Shown piece by piece: positions 1-12,836 of a stretch of 64,000 bases of DNA. Numbering within the stretch: position 1 is the first letter of the stretch; every line of letters begins with the position of its first letter. Made by a program: the position numbers and the translations under genes. The notes under the pieces are model-generated. The model made no database searches. It saw only the letters and a program-made list of their open reading frames with translations, and was not told the origin of the DNA. Source of the stretch: Amoebidium appalachense (Eukaryota > Protista > Ichthyosporea); the NCBI GenBank assembly GCA_963693365.1, contig CAVNZM010000009.1:8351408-8415407 (forward strand), read 5' to 3'.

Positions 1-1029
1 TATCCCTGATGTTTGATGTTTAAAGGTGAGCAAGGAGTAGTTACAGGTTGTGATATTCCTACCTAATTTCATAAAATCTATAAAATATGGGCCCATGTGG
101 CCATGTGTAAATATTCATGCATGCTAGCAAACGGTTTTGAGAAAATACCCAAAAGTGACAAAAAGTTGAAAGGAAATTATGAAAATGCTGAACAGTTAAC
201 GTTCTAGGGCTGTCATGCTAGTAACCATGTCACGACAGAGTCTGCCAAATAGTATGTGGTTTTTCTTCTGAAACCCTAGAATTCGGTTGACTAGCTGAAG
301 ACAGTTCAAACTGCTGTAGCTTTTGCACTTCCAGCAAGTACCCTCCCGGCGTTGTATTTCTATGTATCAGGCGCATGCGCACACGGTGCTATATCGATAT
401 TCTGCACAAGTCTGTTGGACTGCCCTAGGTATAGGGTGCGGGAGCGGGGACCGGGCAAAATGTCAAAAGTATCATAATGCTAATGTAGCGGGATAGCTTT
501 GATGGCGAATGAGATAGAAAACAATACAAACTTTAAACCTTTATTCATCAGTGATTGCAATTGGATTGTTTCGGATTGTATCATTGCAGTATATCATGTA
601 CACTTAGCAGGTCACCGTGCAGCTGCATACACTCCTTGTATCACCAGTGTCATCATACTTTCAATTTATTTCTGAGTCGACGGTTATGTATTTTTCCGTG
701 TACATCATGAAAATGAGTTTGCAACGAAGTTGGGCGTGCACTATGTACCAACTCTTGCATACAGTGTATGAAACACTAGTGGTTAAGTGGGTGCTCTCAT
801 AGACTAAGTCGACGGAATCACCGTGCATTGGATATCATGGGGGCTATAGGGTACCGGCTCACCCACCACGTGCTCACATCGACTATACTGCAGCTGCCCT
901 ATAGCGTCCCAAATAACCTAGCGGACTAGTGACTGCTTTTCGGTGATTTGCAGTTTTGGTTACGAACACGATGTACGAACCGGAGGTTATTGGCGGTTTT
1001 ATTCTCTTTTCTTCCTCTCTTCCTCAATA

Positions 1030-1147
1030 TATCCGTTTTAAAATGACTATCCTAGATCACCTTATTAATGCTGCACAGTATGATATTGTGATCCGGTGCC
1101 TTAACTTTCTTTCGGAGCTACCGATGCTAGCCTCTGCTTACCCATAA
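1030..1147 (+). pseudogene. 3' terminal fragment of a LINE-like RT ORF, a diverged relative of the LINE at 8681-13148
   Basis: Peptide MTILDHLINAAQYDIVIRCLNFLSE aligns by eye to YNILDFILNTRNYDLFIRCIDWLEK at the C-terminus of the LINE ORF (~13050-13130). Confidence 0.55.
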
Positions 1148-1799
1148 TATGTAATAGGGGTGTCATATACTACGATGGCGCTCATTGTTGCCTTAGCCTA
1201 GCATGTACATATGTCACTGGCTGCATTTGATTGGCTGCGCTGGAAAACGCAGTAGGCCGTCGAATGTGGCTGGGCCTCCGGCAGTGTCCACGTAATAAAA
1301 AGTGTGTAAACCCCTCTCGTGGAAGGTACATATTAATCTGGCGATAATGATATATTTGGTAAATACTCATTTTATCCACCAATCGGAAGAAGATGGTGTG
1401 ATGATCAGCATCACACATCTCTTCCTGTAGAAGCGACTATAAAGTCGTGTTTTTCGCTTCTCTCAAACAGTCTTTCCCTCGCCGCGCGCGTTAGTGAGGC
1501 CGGTCTAGTGACCAAGACCAAAGCTTTTGAGCGCAGTGAGCGCTATAGTCAGTCGTGTAGGTCCCTAGACTTAAGCTATAATAATAGGCCCAGGAACCGC
1601 AGATCATTGAGACCGGATGCACTCATGAGTTTTTGCAAAACCCAAGTGGGGTTGTGTTTTCAAATTGGGGTTGTTTGTGTAGCTATAAGCACCTAGGCAC
1701 GTCTGGCAACGTTAGCCCGTGTGGGCTGCTCGCGTGAGCATGTACAGCAGCAACGTGTGCTGCTCTCTAGTCCTAGTGTGGGCCCCGGCAGCAGTGGTC

Positions 1800-2486
1800 T
1801 GTGCGGGGCCGGCCGGTTATGTGTGCTCCCAGTAAGCCAGTGGGCGGGGTAGCACCTGCACCGCTCTATCAACGGGTGCGTGCGTGCCACGACGAGTGGG
1901 CGCGCGGTGGAGCAGCCAAGGACGTGCTCTTCTGGATTAAGTATGGCATCACACCCGAATGGTGCGCTCAGCCTGGGCCGCCACCTCCCCACGACATGCC
2001 ATGGGAGGTACCTAGACTTGGCCATGGGCGAAGTTTCGGCGGAGGAGGCGTTGGTGGAAGTTGCGCGTTTAGTGGGTAAGGGCGCACTTGAACCCATCGA
2101 TGAGTCCAGGAAGCATTGCGTGTCAACCACGTTTGGGGTGCGGAAACCAAACGGTAAAGTGCGGCTTATAATCGACATGCGCCCAGTGAATGAGTATGCC
2201 GTACAGCGGGGCCTCAAGTACGAGACGCTCAGTGACCTGCAGGTCATTGCTCAGCCAGGACCACGGCTTCAGTTTCGACCTGGAGTCGGCTACTTTGCGC
2301 TGGCAATTGCGCCACGGTGGCGTATATATTTTCAGATTCGGGTTGGCGGCCAGCTGTATCAGTACACTGTGCTGCCTTTCGGCTATTTCCTCAGCCCATA
2401 CTACTTCACGCCGCTCATGAAGGAGTTCGGTCGGCGTCTTCACCGGCGCGGTGTGCGCACGTTAGCGTTCTTGGACGACCGGTTGG
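1800..2486 (+). mobile_element. DIRS-type (tyrosine-recombinase retrotransposon) reverse transcriptase, 5' part, frameshifted
   Basis: Motifs RVRACHDEWARGGA..WIKYG, FGVRKPNGKVRLIIDMRPVN, FSFDLES, YQYTVLPFGYFLSPYYFT and AFLDD lie across 2-3 frames. It ends at an LTR insertion. Confidence 0.85.
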
Positions 2487-2967
2487 TGTAAACAGTTGGA
2501 CTAGTTAGGATAAGGCAGAGTACAACTGAATCAAAATAAAGACAGAGAACGGGTAGAAAGGCACACGCGGCCAGGTTGCTTTTACTATGGGCCGACTCAG
2601 TCTGTCTCAAGACTTCACTGATATGATCCCCGTACTGGGACGGCTTTCTTATATAGCCCCCAGGTTTCGGATCAAGGCCCAGGATTGGTTCATCCGCGGC
2701 CAGCGCGGGTGGCAACATGCCATTCGTGATTCTGGTGCGGTCCGAGCCAGTCAGACCTTTGTCCTATTTATGCAAACCTCTTATTGGTTCACTTCGTTTA
2801 TGTGGTATGCAGCGGAAGAACCATATATGGTTCAATTCTTAGGTCAGAGTGAGTCCTATTGGTGCGGACATAATATTTATGTGATATTCATGACAAAGCA
2901 CGAATCGTGTGCTAGTAGATCACATTCTTTAGTAAACATGTACAGTTCATGTGTACAGTTGTTTACA
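2487..2967 (-). repeat. 3' LTR of the non-autonomous element
   Basis: TGTAAAC...GTTTACA; direct repeat of 5546-6026 with one difference seen (base 5). Confidence 0.95.
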
Positions 2968-2978
2968 CTCCCCCCCTT
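2968..2978 (-). promoter_or_regulatory. Polypurine tract
   Basis: Minus-strand AAGGGGGGGAG directly abuts the LTR. Confidence 0.85.
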
Positions 2979-5448
2979 GTTGGGAGCCTGGTGGTGTCGT
3001 TAGACAAGCAAACCACCAGGCTGAGAGGCGATAAACAACCTTCAGCGAGAATTCTCGTGCGCCGACCTGCTGGGCAGAACAGAGCAAGGACGGTTGAATA
3101 GAGTTGTGCACGTCTATGAGCACTTCTTCATTTGCCAAAACGTAAATTCATGCAGCATTCTTCTGTGATTTCATTTTCGTGGCGAAGATTATTGCAGAGT
3201 GTGTGCGAATTGTTCGCTTCGTCTCTGTGCTTGGCTTTTCTGTAGAAGTAGTATTTTTCTTTTTGGGAATTTTTCCTTTTTAGGATACTCCCGCAGATTC
3301 GTTTTCAATTGCGAGTAATTTGGTTGTGTGGATGAATGATCATACCAAACATTCGATAATGAATATAACTCAAGCCTTAGGTCACTTCGTAGCTCAGGTA
3401 GTGGTGGATAGCTTCAAGGCTTAGCCACTGCTCCTTATCCCGGTTCTACCATAAGACTGTAAGGCGAGTCACCATGGCCGGAAAAAACCGCTTCTTTCAT
3501 GAACAAATAGCACTTCTTTCCTTTCAGCTTTAACTCTGCATCATCGGAGCTGGGAAAAACATGAATAAAAATGCCCAAGTGTTCTTCGTTGGGCGACATA
3601 AAGAAATATATCACCCGTCAGAACCAGTAAAAGCCCGGTTCATAATTCATAAGAAGAGGGTAGGCAAAGCAAGCCTCCTTCAGAAAACACATGCTTCCAT
3701 TCGTGAGCAGTTTTCGTATCCCATTTGCCAGCCATTTTCGTTGAGCAGGGGGATTCCAGGCATAATACATTCTTCTGGAGGCTTGGCCTAAAAAGAAAAG
3801 TCGTCGCAGTCGCCCTTTCTTTTGTAAGCAACTTCGTGAGCGCGCTTCGTGTTTTCATATCCTCCAGTGCAGGTCTGGATGGTGCCCCATCCTCTGCTTC
3901 ATTTGTAGGTGGCCCTACTGTAGGTTCTGTTCGTTGTGTGGAATACCAAAACCATTCGTATTCGTGGAACTGCTTTGTGCTGTGCTTTCTTTCGTGTTGG
4001 TGTTCATGAAGTTACCCCGTTCACACACCCTACTTCTTACATACATTAGATGTAAGTAGCTGCCTGGTGAGTGTGTGGTTCGTGTTCGTGGCATTCTTCT
4101 GTTCCTTCGTGAGAAGAATATTCGTTTTAGCAGAGGTGCCCAATAAGGCAGCTTGTGGGGTTGTCTCCCGCGTGTGCCCATTGGTGGGGTATGCACGTGC
4201 TAAATTGTTACAGTGTCATCATATTGCAAGGGAATAACATGGTCATCTCCGTACCAAAGCCTAAATACACATGATGGTCCGATGTGTTAGTCAACAACAC
4301 CTTGCATTCGTATTCGTATTCGTCTTCCACGTCACTTTCTTCAGTAGTGAAGGAGGGTATTCGTAATTCGAAACTGAAAGGCTTCCAGCCAAAACACTGA
4401 CACTGTATGCTGGGGTTGTGAGGGAACGGTGCCCATACCACATTCTTTTGTTCTGGTGGGGGTGTGCCGGCAGCTAGTGCAAGGCTTGACAGTGTAATTC
4501 GTATGTTACAGTATTGCCACAGACTGGCAAGTACCATTAAATTCGTACCCCACACCTTCGTTTGTCTTTCACATGCACGAACAAAAGTTCTGCATCGACT
4601 TTATTAACAACATGCCTTCTGTGCACCAAGAGTGCAAATTCGTTTGGGCATGGCACCAGGAAGGGCCATACATGAGGCATATGTTCGTAATGTGTTTAGG
4701 CATGCCAGCATACATTCATGCGCATGTTGTGCATCCTGTGCGCTAAACTATGGGGCATGCTGTATTCGACAACAGCAAGGGATTCGAAGCATGCATGCAA
4801 CACTACTTTCATAAGATCTTATGTCCTCAATGCTATAGGAACAGCGACTATCTTCTTCTTTAAATGCATTCGTGCTGAAAGTGGCCGTGCATCTGGCTTG
4901 CGAGTGTGGACGTGCATGCGGTGGCATGGACACGATGACAGTGTGCAATAGCGCAATGCACGCAAGGGCAACGGTTTTCTTTTCTTCGTAACATAGAGGG
5001 GGCTGTGTGCATTGCAACCCAAGCAGTGTTGTGCATTCGTTCTTTCATTTTCGTATTTCCAGTTCATTTTGCTTTCGTTTTTCGTTTTTTGTCGTTTGAT
5101 AACTTCGTTACTTCGTTTTGTTTTCGTGTTGCATTCATTTCGTATTTCCTCTATGCAATCGTTTGTCGTTAATTCTTTATTTCATTGCGTATTCGTGATG
5201 GTTCGTTTTTCGTTGGTTCATTGCTTCGTTAGCAATTCTTTATTCGTTTGTTCGTGTATTCGTTGTTTCGTTGTGTATTCGTTTTTCTTCACATTTTTGA
5301 TGTGTCGTAGCAAAAGAAGTTTTACATGCTTTCAATTCTTTCCGTGTAGGTGGGCTGGCCACTTCAAACTTGTAGGTGTATATATTCTAAGCCGGACAAG
5401 GAAAGATGTGCCTATCATCGGGGTAAAAAGGATTGTGATCGGCCATGG

Positions 5449-5533
5449 GAGATTCTTGAGCTGATTGAAAGATGTGAGATTCTTGAACTGATTGAAAGAT
5501 GTGAGATTCGAAGGATGCGAGATTCTTGAACTG
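5449..5533. repeat. 27-bp tandem repeat next to the PBS
   Basis: GAGATTCTTGARCTGATTGAAAGATGT occurs twice, plus partial copies. Confidence 0.8.
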
Positions 5534-5544
5534 CGCGGTCGCCA
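5531..5544 (-). promoter_or_regulatory. Primer-binding site, probably tRNA-Arg
   Basis: Minus-strand TGGCGACCGCGCAG 1 nt after the LTR; complementary to a ...GCGGUCGCCA tRNA-Arg-like 3' end. Confidence 0.7.
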
Positions 5545-5545
5545 A

Positions 5546-6026
5546 TGTAGACAGTTGGACTAGTTAGGATAAGGCAGAGTACAACTGAATCAAAATAAAG
5601 ACAGAGAACGGGTAGAAAGGCACACGCGGCCAGGTTGCTTTTACTATGGGCCGACTCAGTCTGTCTCAAGACTTCACTGATATGATCCCCGTACTGGGAC
5701 GGCTTTCTTATATAGCCCCCAGGTTTCGGATCAAGGCCCAGGATTGGTTCATCCGCGGCCAGCGCGGGTGGCAACATGCCATTCGTGATTCTGGTGCGGT
5801 CCGAGCCAGTCAGACCTTTGTCCTATTTATGCAAACCTCTTATTGGTTCACTTCGTTTATGTGGTATGCAGCGGAAGAACCATATATGGTTCAATTCTTA
5901 GGTCAGAGTGAGTCCTATTGGTGCGGACATAATATTTATGTGATATTCATGACAAAGCACGAATCGTGTGCTAGTAGATCACATTCTTTAGTAAACATGT
6001 ACAGTTCATGTGTACAGTTGTTTACA
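5546..6026 (-). repeat. 5' LTR of the non-autonomous element
   Basis: TGTAGAC...GTTTACA, 481 bp, followed by TSD GTTGG. Confidence 0.95.
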
Positions 6027-6031
6027 GTTGG

Positions 6032-6708
6032 TCGTTGAACGGCCGCTAAAGGCGCTGCAAACTCGCGGTGTTGTTGAGGGGGAGCTCGGGGCAACGGATC
6101 TGAGCCGAAATACGGAGAAGGGCCAGTGGGAGCCCACCGACCATCTCGACCATCTACTAGGCATCCATGTCGACCTTGCCGCGGGTGTGTTGGCCCCTAC
6201 AGCCACCTCTATGGAGAATCTGGTGGAGGAGACCAAGCGGGTGATGGCCAAGGCTCGCAAGGGCAAGCGATGGGTGGAAAAGAAGCAAGTCGCCCGGTGG
6301 TTGGGGGTGGTCATGAGTCTGCGGGCTGCCACTCCCCACGTGCTGACGTTGGTGCGGCCAGTGTATGCCGCCCTACGCGGGGGCAATTGGCGCAGTTTCG
6401 TTTGGCTTTCGGGGCGTCAGTTACGGATTATCGGTCGGACGCCCCAGTTCATTGGCTGACTGTTGCCTCTGGCGGAGATATGGCCCAACCCGGTCACGGC
6501 TACGCTCATCACGGATGCCGCCACCACACACGGCTGGGGGGCCGTGCTTCAAGTGGCGAGATCCCCTGCGCCTGCCCCTGCGCTTGAGGTGGCGGGCAGG
6601 CGGGCAGCCGACGACGCTACGCGGGCGGCGGCGATCATGCGGAGTGTGAGGGCCTGTTGGAGGCCTATCAGAGCCCTGCAGCTGCCCTGCAGGAAGCCCT
6701 CCGTGGGT
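6032..6708 (+). mobile_element. DIRS-type RT thumb and RNase H start, 3' part, truncated; no recognisable tyrosine recombinase
   Basis: Removing the LTR element and one TSD restores FLDDRLVVERPLK. Downstream are EKGQWEPT..DHLLGIHVD and the DIRS RNaseH motif LITDAATTHGWGAVL. Confidence 0.85.
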
Positions 6709-6758
6709 GACATATACTAATCCGTCTCAGCAGATCAGCCTAAGTCTACGATCAAGAT

Positions 6759-6808
<50 letters not shown>

Positions 6809-7314
6809 CGTATCCTATTGTGTATAGTATGTATTAGAGACGCGGCACTCTACTAAGTGTACACACACGAAAAGGAACGGACGTGTACGGAAAAACGGTA
6901 AAGTTTATTCAGACCACGCTCCGACGGGCAAACTTAGATCCGTACGGAATGAGGCTAAGTCACAACTGAGGCCATCAAGGCCGTGCCCTCAAAGATCATC
7001 ATATTCATCACCTGGCCCCCCTACGATGCCACATTCCAAACATTCCGATCTACTTTATCGTGCGCCTGCACGAGCTAAGTCGATCTACTCAACTAATATA
7101 TTTATCCATGTCTCACCCCTCACCCTCCCCCTAGTGGCACCGCAGAGTCTAAATCTACATTTCATACTATCCTCCCCCCCCCTCCCTCCCCCTTTCCTCT
7201 ACATCGAAATATATAAATACGTTTGGCAACATACACTATCAAACCTTGCCAATACTTACAAAAGGGCTTCTGCCCGAACAATCACATTCCTAAGTCCTCC
7301 TATGATCTATCCTA

Positions 7315-7527
7315 TGCCCGAGCGAGATCACGTGACCTCGCCCGCACTGGGGTATAGGCAGGCGCACCCGGCTCACGGCAGCCAGATTGGCCATCGCTCA
7401 CAAGCACAGGCCCAATACAGACTCTCGGCAGCTCTGTGTGAGTCCCGTCACCGTCCCTCACACACTAAGTGCCTCGTTCCCCTTTTTCCCTCTTGTTCCT
7501 TAGTCCCATGTACCACTAGCTTAGGCA
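7315..7527 (+). repeat. Gypsy 5' LTR
   Basis: TGCCCGAG...TTAGGCA; identical by eye to 29903-30115. Confidence 0.96.
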
Positions 7528-7538
7528 TGGTAGCAGAG
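7528..7538 (+). promoter_or_regulatory. Gypsy PBS (initiator tRNA-Met)
   Basis: TGGTAGCAGAG directly after the LTR, complementary to the tRNA-iMet 3' end CUCUGCUACCA. Confidence 0.9.
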
Positions 7539-10500
7539 TTTGTTCCTTCCTGTTGAAGACCTCTTGGCTTATGGGATTCATGATCCCAGGTACGTTTCCC
7601 TGGTTTTGCTCTGTTCGCCGGTCGTATCCCCAGTTCGTTACACTATTCCGGCGCTGCTAGTTGGCTCGCGCTAGCCCGTTATGGGCCCCGGGTGTATGCG
7701 CGCCCGCTAGCCGCTTACCACTTTGTGTTCCCTCTCTTTCCTTCTTTCTTACCTCTTGTGTCTTGCATGTTCCTTTATTATTTTTATTATTTTTCTGTCT
7801 TTGTTACCCGCTTTCGTAAGCACCTCTGCCTCAGCGTGCACAGCACACTTTTGGTCCGCACACCCCTTCTTGCACTTCCCACTTCCCGTGTGTGCATTGC
7901 CCCGCAGAGGAACGCTTGCGTGCGCCTTTTTCGTGCTTTGCTTTTGTGTTATTCTTCACTGTTTATTTTTGTTGTCGTTTTTCGTCTCTTTTTTTTATCG
8001 CTTTCTTTTTTTGTCTTTTCCCCCTCTGCTTGTCTGCGACCTACGCTATCGAAAAAAGCTTTACACTTTTACCCTCCTCGCTACTAGCCAATCGGACGCC
8101 ACTTGCTGTCGTTTATTATAACCAATCAGCGCGATCGCTCTTTTGGCCGTGGCTCGGCACTCTGTGTGTCCAATCATTGCGGCGTAGATCTATTTTAGGA
8201 AGTTGCTTTTTTCTGTTTACCAATCGTGTCCCGGGACCCTTGTCATTCCAGTGTTTTCTGTGCACTTTCGCTAGCTTAGCTGCTTTTGGGTTGTGCTTCG
8301 CTGGCGCATGCGTTGTTGTTGCTGTTATTAGTGCTTGGCAGTTAATATTCTCCGTTGTTTTCTGCGTTATTTTTGTTATTTGCATGTTTAATTTTACTTG
8401 CTGTAGTACTGCATATTTTCCGTCGTGTAATTTTACCCTGCTCTCCTGACGTCACGTCTTGTCGGTTGCTGCCGTTGCCCTCCTCCTCCCACCTTTCGCC
8501 CTCCTCCTCCCACCTTTCGCCTCCGTCTATCCCAGCTTAAGTCACAGTGGGGTAGAGTCGATGTATGTGTATGCTATGCTACGAAACACCCTATATATAT
8601 GCGCCTATTAGAATCTGCACAAGCCAGGCCAGATTCACATCTCGTACTAGATACATGCACTAACTTTATATGTTGATGATTTGATAGATCTCGGTGATTA
8701 TGCTGGCGGTGGTAGGAAGGAATATCCCGATGCTCTCTTGTTACCAAACACCACTCCCGCTAGACTAGGTGAACCCCTGTCTCAAAAGGAAAGCTTGCGC
8801 CGGCTTGCTAGTATGAATCGATTTGGCCCCCCTGCTCGTATTATTGGTGATACCACTGGAGACCCCCTCATAGACTCTGATAAGTGTTTCTCGGAACTGT
8901 TTAAAGATAGGACCCCCGCTCAGAAACCTATTGTGTGGCCTGTAGACCCATCTATCCCCATAGAATCGATCCTCCCCTTTTTCAGTCCCGATGCCATATG
9001 GTCTGTGATATCTAGTTATAGCTCTAGTAAGTCTTGTGGACCTGATGGACTCCCTGCTGGGTTTCTTAAAATCCTTGTTCCCTCCTACCCACAAAAGGAA
9101 AGTGATCGTGCTATTAAACCTGATCTTACTATCATGTTAAGCTCTCTCTTTTCTTGGTGTGTTAAATGTGGACATGTCCCGTCATCTTGGTTAGATACCT
9201 TAGTGATCCCCATAGTTAAGAAGGACTCTGAGGGCCCCATATCATCCTTTCGCCCCATTACACTAACCCAGGTTGTTCGTAGATTCTTTGAAGCTTGCTT
9301 ACTTAGGTTATTTGCACATCACCCTAGGTTTCAATCTATTCTTCACATACACCCATGCCAATCCGCTTTTCGTAAAAACAATTCATGTTACGTTCAAATA
9401 ATGGCACTGCACGATTCTATGCAAGTTGGTGCACAATATGTTGGCTTTATTGATTGGAAAACTGCTTACGATTCTGTCTCCCCTGGTCTCCTATGGGAAA
9501 AGCTTGCTGCACGGGGTATACCACACTGCATTGGTGTTCTGTTAGAAGCACTCTTGTCTCAAACCTATGGTAGAGCTGTGGTTAATGGGCATCTTTCATA
9601 TGGTTTTGCTCGTACTAGAGGTCTCTTGCAGGGTTCATTGCTTAGCCCCTTTTTGTTTAACCTATTTATAGATGATTTGGCTGTCAAGATTTACGCCGAA
9701 AACGATGACCCTATTAATAACTTTCCGCCTGCACTTCTCTATGCTGATGATCTGTCCCTCCTTGCCCGTACCCCTAGACGCCTGCAAAGATTGTTCGATG
9801 TAGTGTCAGAGTGGTGCAAGGCAAACCTTATGATCCTTAACATAGACAAATGTGGTGTTCTTGTACCTGATATAGCTAACAATTTACACACATTTACATT
9901 ATCATCTAAACCTGTACCTATAGTTCCAGAATACAAATATCTTGGTGTTCCGGTTGATTCTGTTGGACCAGGTGTTATGTTTCCCCATATGGTCGAAAAG
10001 AGGGTAGAGTTGGCTCGTAAGCGGTTAGCTTTCTTCTCGGCTAATATTTTTAAAGACACACCCCTCCATCCTTCTATTAGACTTACATTTATTCGCACTT
10101 TTGTCTTCCCGGCATGTGAATATGGTTTACCCCTTCTCGCCGCTTGGATCAAGAAAGAGAGAACTAGAGCGCTTAAACCCCTGGCAAATTTCCTTGAAGC
10201 AGAAGTTGCCTCCTTTCTATCTAACAACTGTTGTAAACCTGGGCCTGTAACGCTCTCGATATATGGTCTGGTCCCAATAGCTGCTAGAGTATCCTATCTC
10301 GCGCTGAAATTCAATAAGCACATAAGCCGCTTAAAGAAGTATTTGCCCTCCCACCCTCTCTTCTCTATCCGACCTGTCCCCTCCTCACCTCTCCCCTCTT
10401 TCCTCCCCTCTCTCTCCCCTTCTCCCCTGGGCACAAATACAAATAAACCCCGCAATAGTGTGTGTGTGACTTTGGACTGCCACTTACTTGTTAAACATGT

Positions 10501-10722
10501 ACACAATCACAAGATAATCACGCAATATAACAAATGGAAAAAGATACCACACGACACTAGACCCGATGAAAGCATACACCTTGAAAAACTAAGCCTTATG
10601 TCTCGTTTTATATATACTGACCGCCTCAACCATATTGCCAAATATGGCACTCGCAAGTGTATAACACCTAAATACATATTACCTTCCTGTAGAACTGGTC
10701 TTTCTCTAGCTGATGGTATTAT

Positions 10723-12836
10723 TGTTATAATACGTAGTATTTACATATTGTAAGATCATCTCAGTTCGTGTTATGTTTTCATTCATTTACTTAATGAAAA
10801 AGATGTGCTCCTTGTACGTAAATTATGACATCGATCTCCAGTGTATTTGAGTACTTGTAATCGTGTTGTGTCGGCTATATTCGTGTGTTTAGATATCGAT
10901 TACAGCAACTGATTATAGGTACACGAGTCTACCCAGTGAGGGAGACACGTGTACATGTTATGTGTACATGAATATCTTCGGCTATAACTGTGTTTTGCTG
11001 TTCGTGTTTTCTGTCCTGCTTTCTTTTCTTTTTCCTCTTTCTTCGTCTTTTCTTTTCTCTTTCTTTCTTCTCTTGTTTCCTTTCATTTAATTATATTTCT
11101 CTCTCACTAATATACGTTGAGTAGATTTATATTACTCGTTATGTTTTGATTGGTAGAAAAACACTTAGGTTACACTTTAGCTTGTCAGGTATGATTCATA
11201 GCTTAGTCAACCACTTTTGTTTTGTGTGTTGCCGTACTATATCCAATCAGTGGACTTAGTCAGAAAATGTCTGAGTCTTTGTAGCCGATGATAGGTTAGA
11301 AACACCACCTCTTTCCTCCGTCCGGTATCACAACACCAAGGACTACATTGCCAGTGGGGACGTGGTTGTCCACTACGTTGAGTCAGCCCACAACTTAGCT
11401 GACATACTCACCAAACCCCTCCCCGGCCCGAGTCATGTCCACCATCGTGCTCGACTTTGTTTACCGGATATTGTGGATTGACCCGACCTACTTCAAGAGT
11501 GATTTTCTCATGTGTACTACTTACTTTATCAACATCATTATATCATATGTATTGCCTTTGTGGGTATGCCCACTTAGGGTTTATATATAAGGTTTGACCT
11601 GTACCATCACTCTACTCTATCTTTCACTGGTTTAAAACCCAGTTAATCAAACACCGCCTATACACGTTATATATATTCGTTGTTTTTGCCCCGGTTCCTT
11701 CCCCCCCCCTCCCCCCCCCCCTTCCCCCCCCTTCCCCCCCCCCTTCCCCCCCCCTCCCCCCCCCCCCTTCTCCCCCCCCCCCCCCCCCCCGGAAAAGTAC
11801 ACACTTTAATTTTTTTTTTTTCCGTTTCTGTTCTCAAGTGGGGAGATTTCACTAGTTCAGTGGGGATATGATAACACAAACTTCAAAGTCTTAAGTGGGG
11901 ATGTTATAATACGTAGTATTTACATATTGTAAGATCTTCTCAGTTCGTGTTATGTTTTCATTCATTTACTTAATGAAAAAGATGTGCTCCTTGTACGTAA
12001 ATTATGACATCGATCTCCAGTGTATTTGAGTACTTGTAATCGTGTTGTGTCGGCTATATTCGTGTGTTTAGATATCGATTACAGCAACTGATTATAGGTA
12101 CACGAGTCTACCCAGTGAGGGAGACACGTGTACATGTTATGTGTACATGAATATCTTCGGTTATAACTGTGTTTTGCTGTTCGTGTTTTCTGTCCTGCTT
12201 TCTTTTCTTTTTCCTCTTTCTTCGTCTTTTCTTTTCTCTTTCTTTCTTCTCTTGTTTCCTTTCATTTAATTATATTTCTCTCTCACTAATATACGTTGAG
12301 TAGATTTATATTACTCGTTATGTTTTGATTGGTAGAAAAACACTTAGGTTACACTTTAGCTTGTCAGGTATGATTCATAGCTTAGTCAACCACTTTTGTT
12401 TTGTGTGTTGCCGTACTATATCCAATCAGTGGACTTAGTCAGAAAATGTCTGAGTCTTTGTAGCCGATGATAGGTTAGAAACACCACCTCTTTCCTCGTT
12501 ACTCTTCACCTCTTTTCTTTCTTATAGCTGTGACCTATGGTGTGTGTTCCCGCGTCTCCGGATCTATCCGGGAAATAATCAGTTAATTATGATTGGTTAT
12601 TTTAGACATAGATCTGATTTCCGACTGGTCGGAAATCATGTATGGATTTAACTTAAGGGAATTTCAGGTATTTATTAGCGATCAAAATAAATTGAGTTCA
12701 GTCGTGTCTAAACATTGATGTCTGTTGTGTACACTGCTCCGATCGTTCCGTGTTTTGTTGTTGTGTGTGTCTGTGGTGTTTTCACACTGCACCACTGTGT
12801 CTCTGCTTACATCCTAAATACTTATAGAATTTAACA
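10723..12836 (+). mobile_element. Internally deleted Ty1/Copia copy: partial 5' LTR 10723-11318 fused to the RNaseH end, 3' UTR, PPT and a complete 3' LTR 11902-12836
   Basis: TSD ATTAT at 10718-10722 and 12837-12841; 11319-11901 matches 25238-25821 apart from poly-C length; PPT AAGTGGGGA. Confidence 0.95.

Larger units (their letters stand above)
2487..6026 (-). mobile_element. Non-autonomous LTR retroelement (3540 bp), probably Gypsy-derived, inserted in the DIRS RT
   Basis: Two 481-bp TG..CA LTRs; TSD GTTGG at 2482-2486 and 6027-6031; minus-strand PBS and PPT; no intact gag/pol ORF in the 2578-bp interior. Confidence 0.92.

Noticed and set aside
1-950. Possible DNA-transposon end with small inverted repeats (GCTATAGGG/CCCTATAGC, 843-905)
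   Set aside because: No partner terminus, TSD or coding signal within the window.
2587-3003. 138-aa ORF duplicated at 5646-6038
   Set aside because: It lies almost entirely within the LTRs, antisense to the element, with no recognisable domain. The duplication only reflects the LTR pair; the same applies to ORFs 20196/26014 and 20683/26501.
3400-3540. Chromodomain-like peptide on the minus strand of the non-autonomous LTR interior
   Set aside because: It is interrupted by stops, and the resemblance is too weak to call by eye.
6960-6990. Hammerhead-like CTGA-GGCC-loop-GGCC
   Set aside because: It lacks the CUGAnGA and GAAA core nucleotides.
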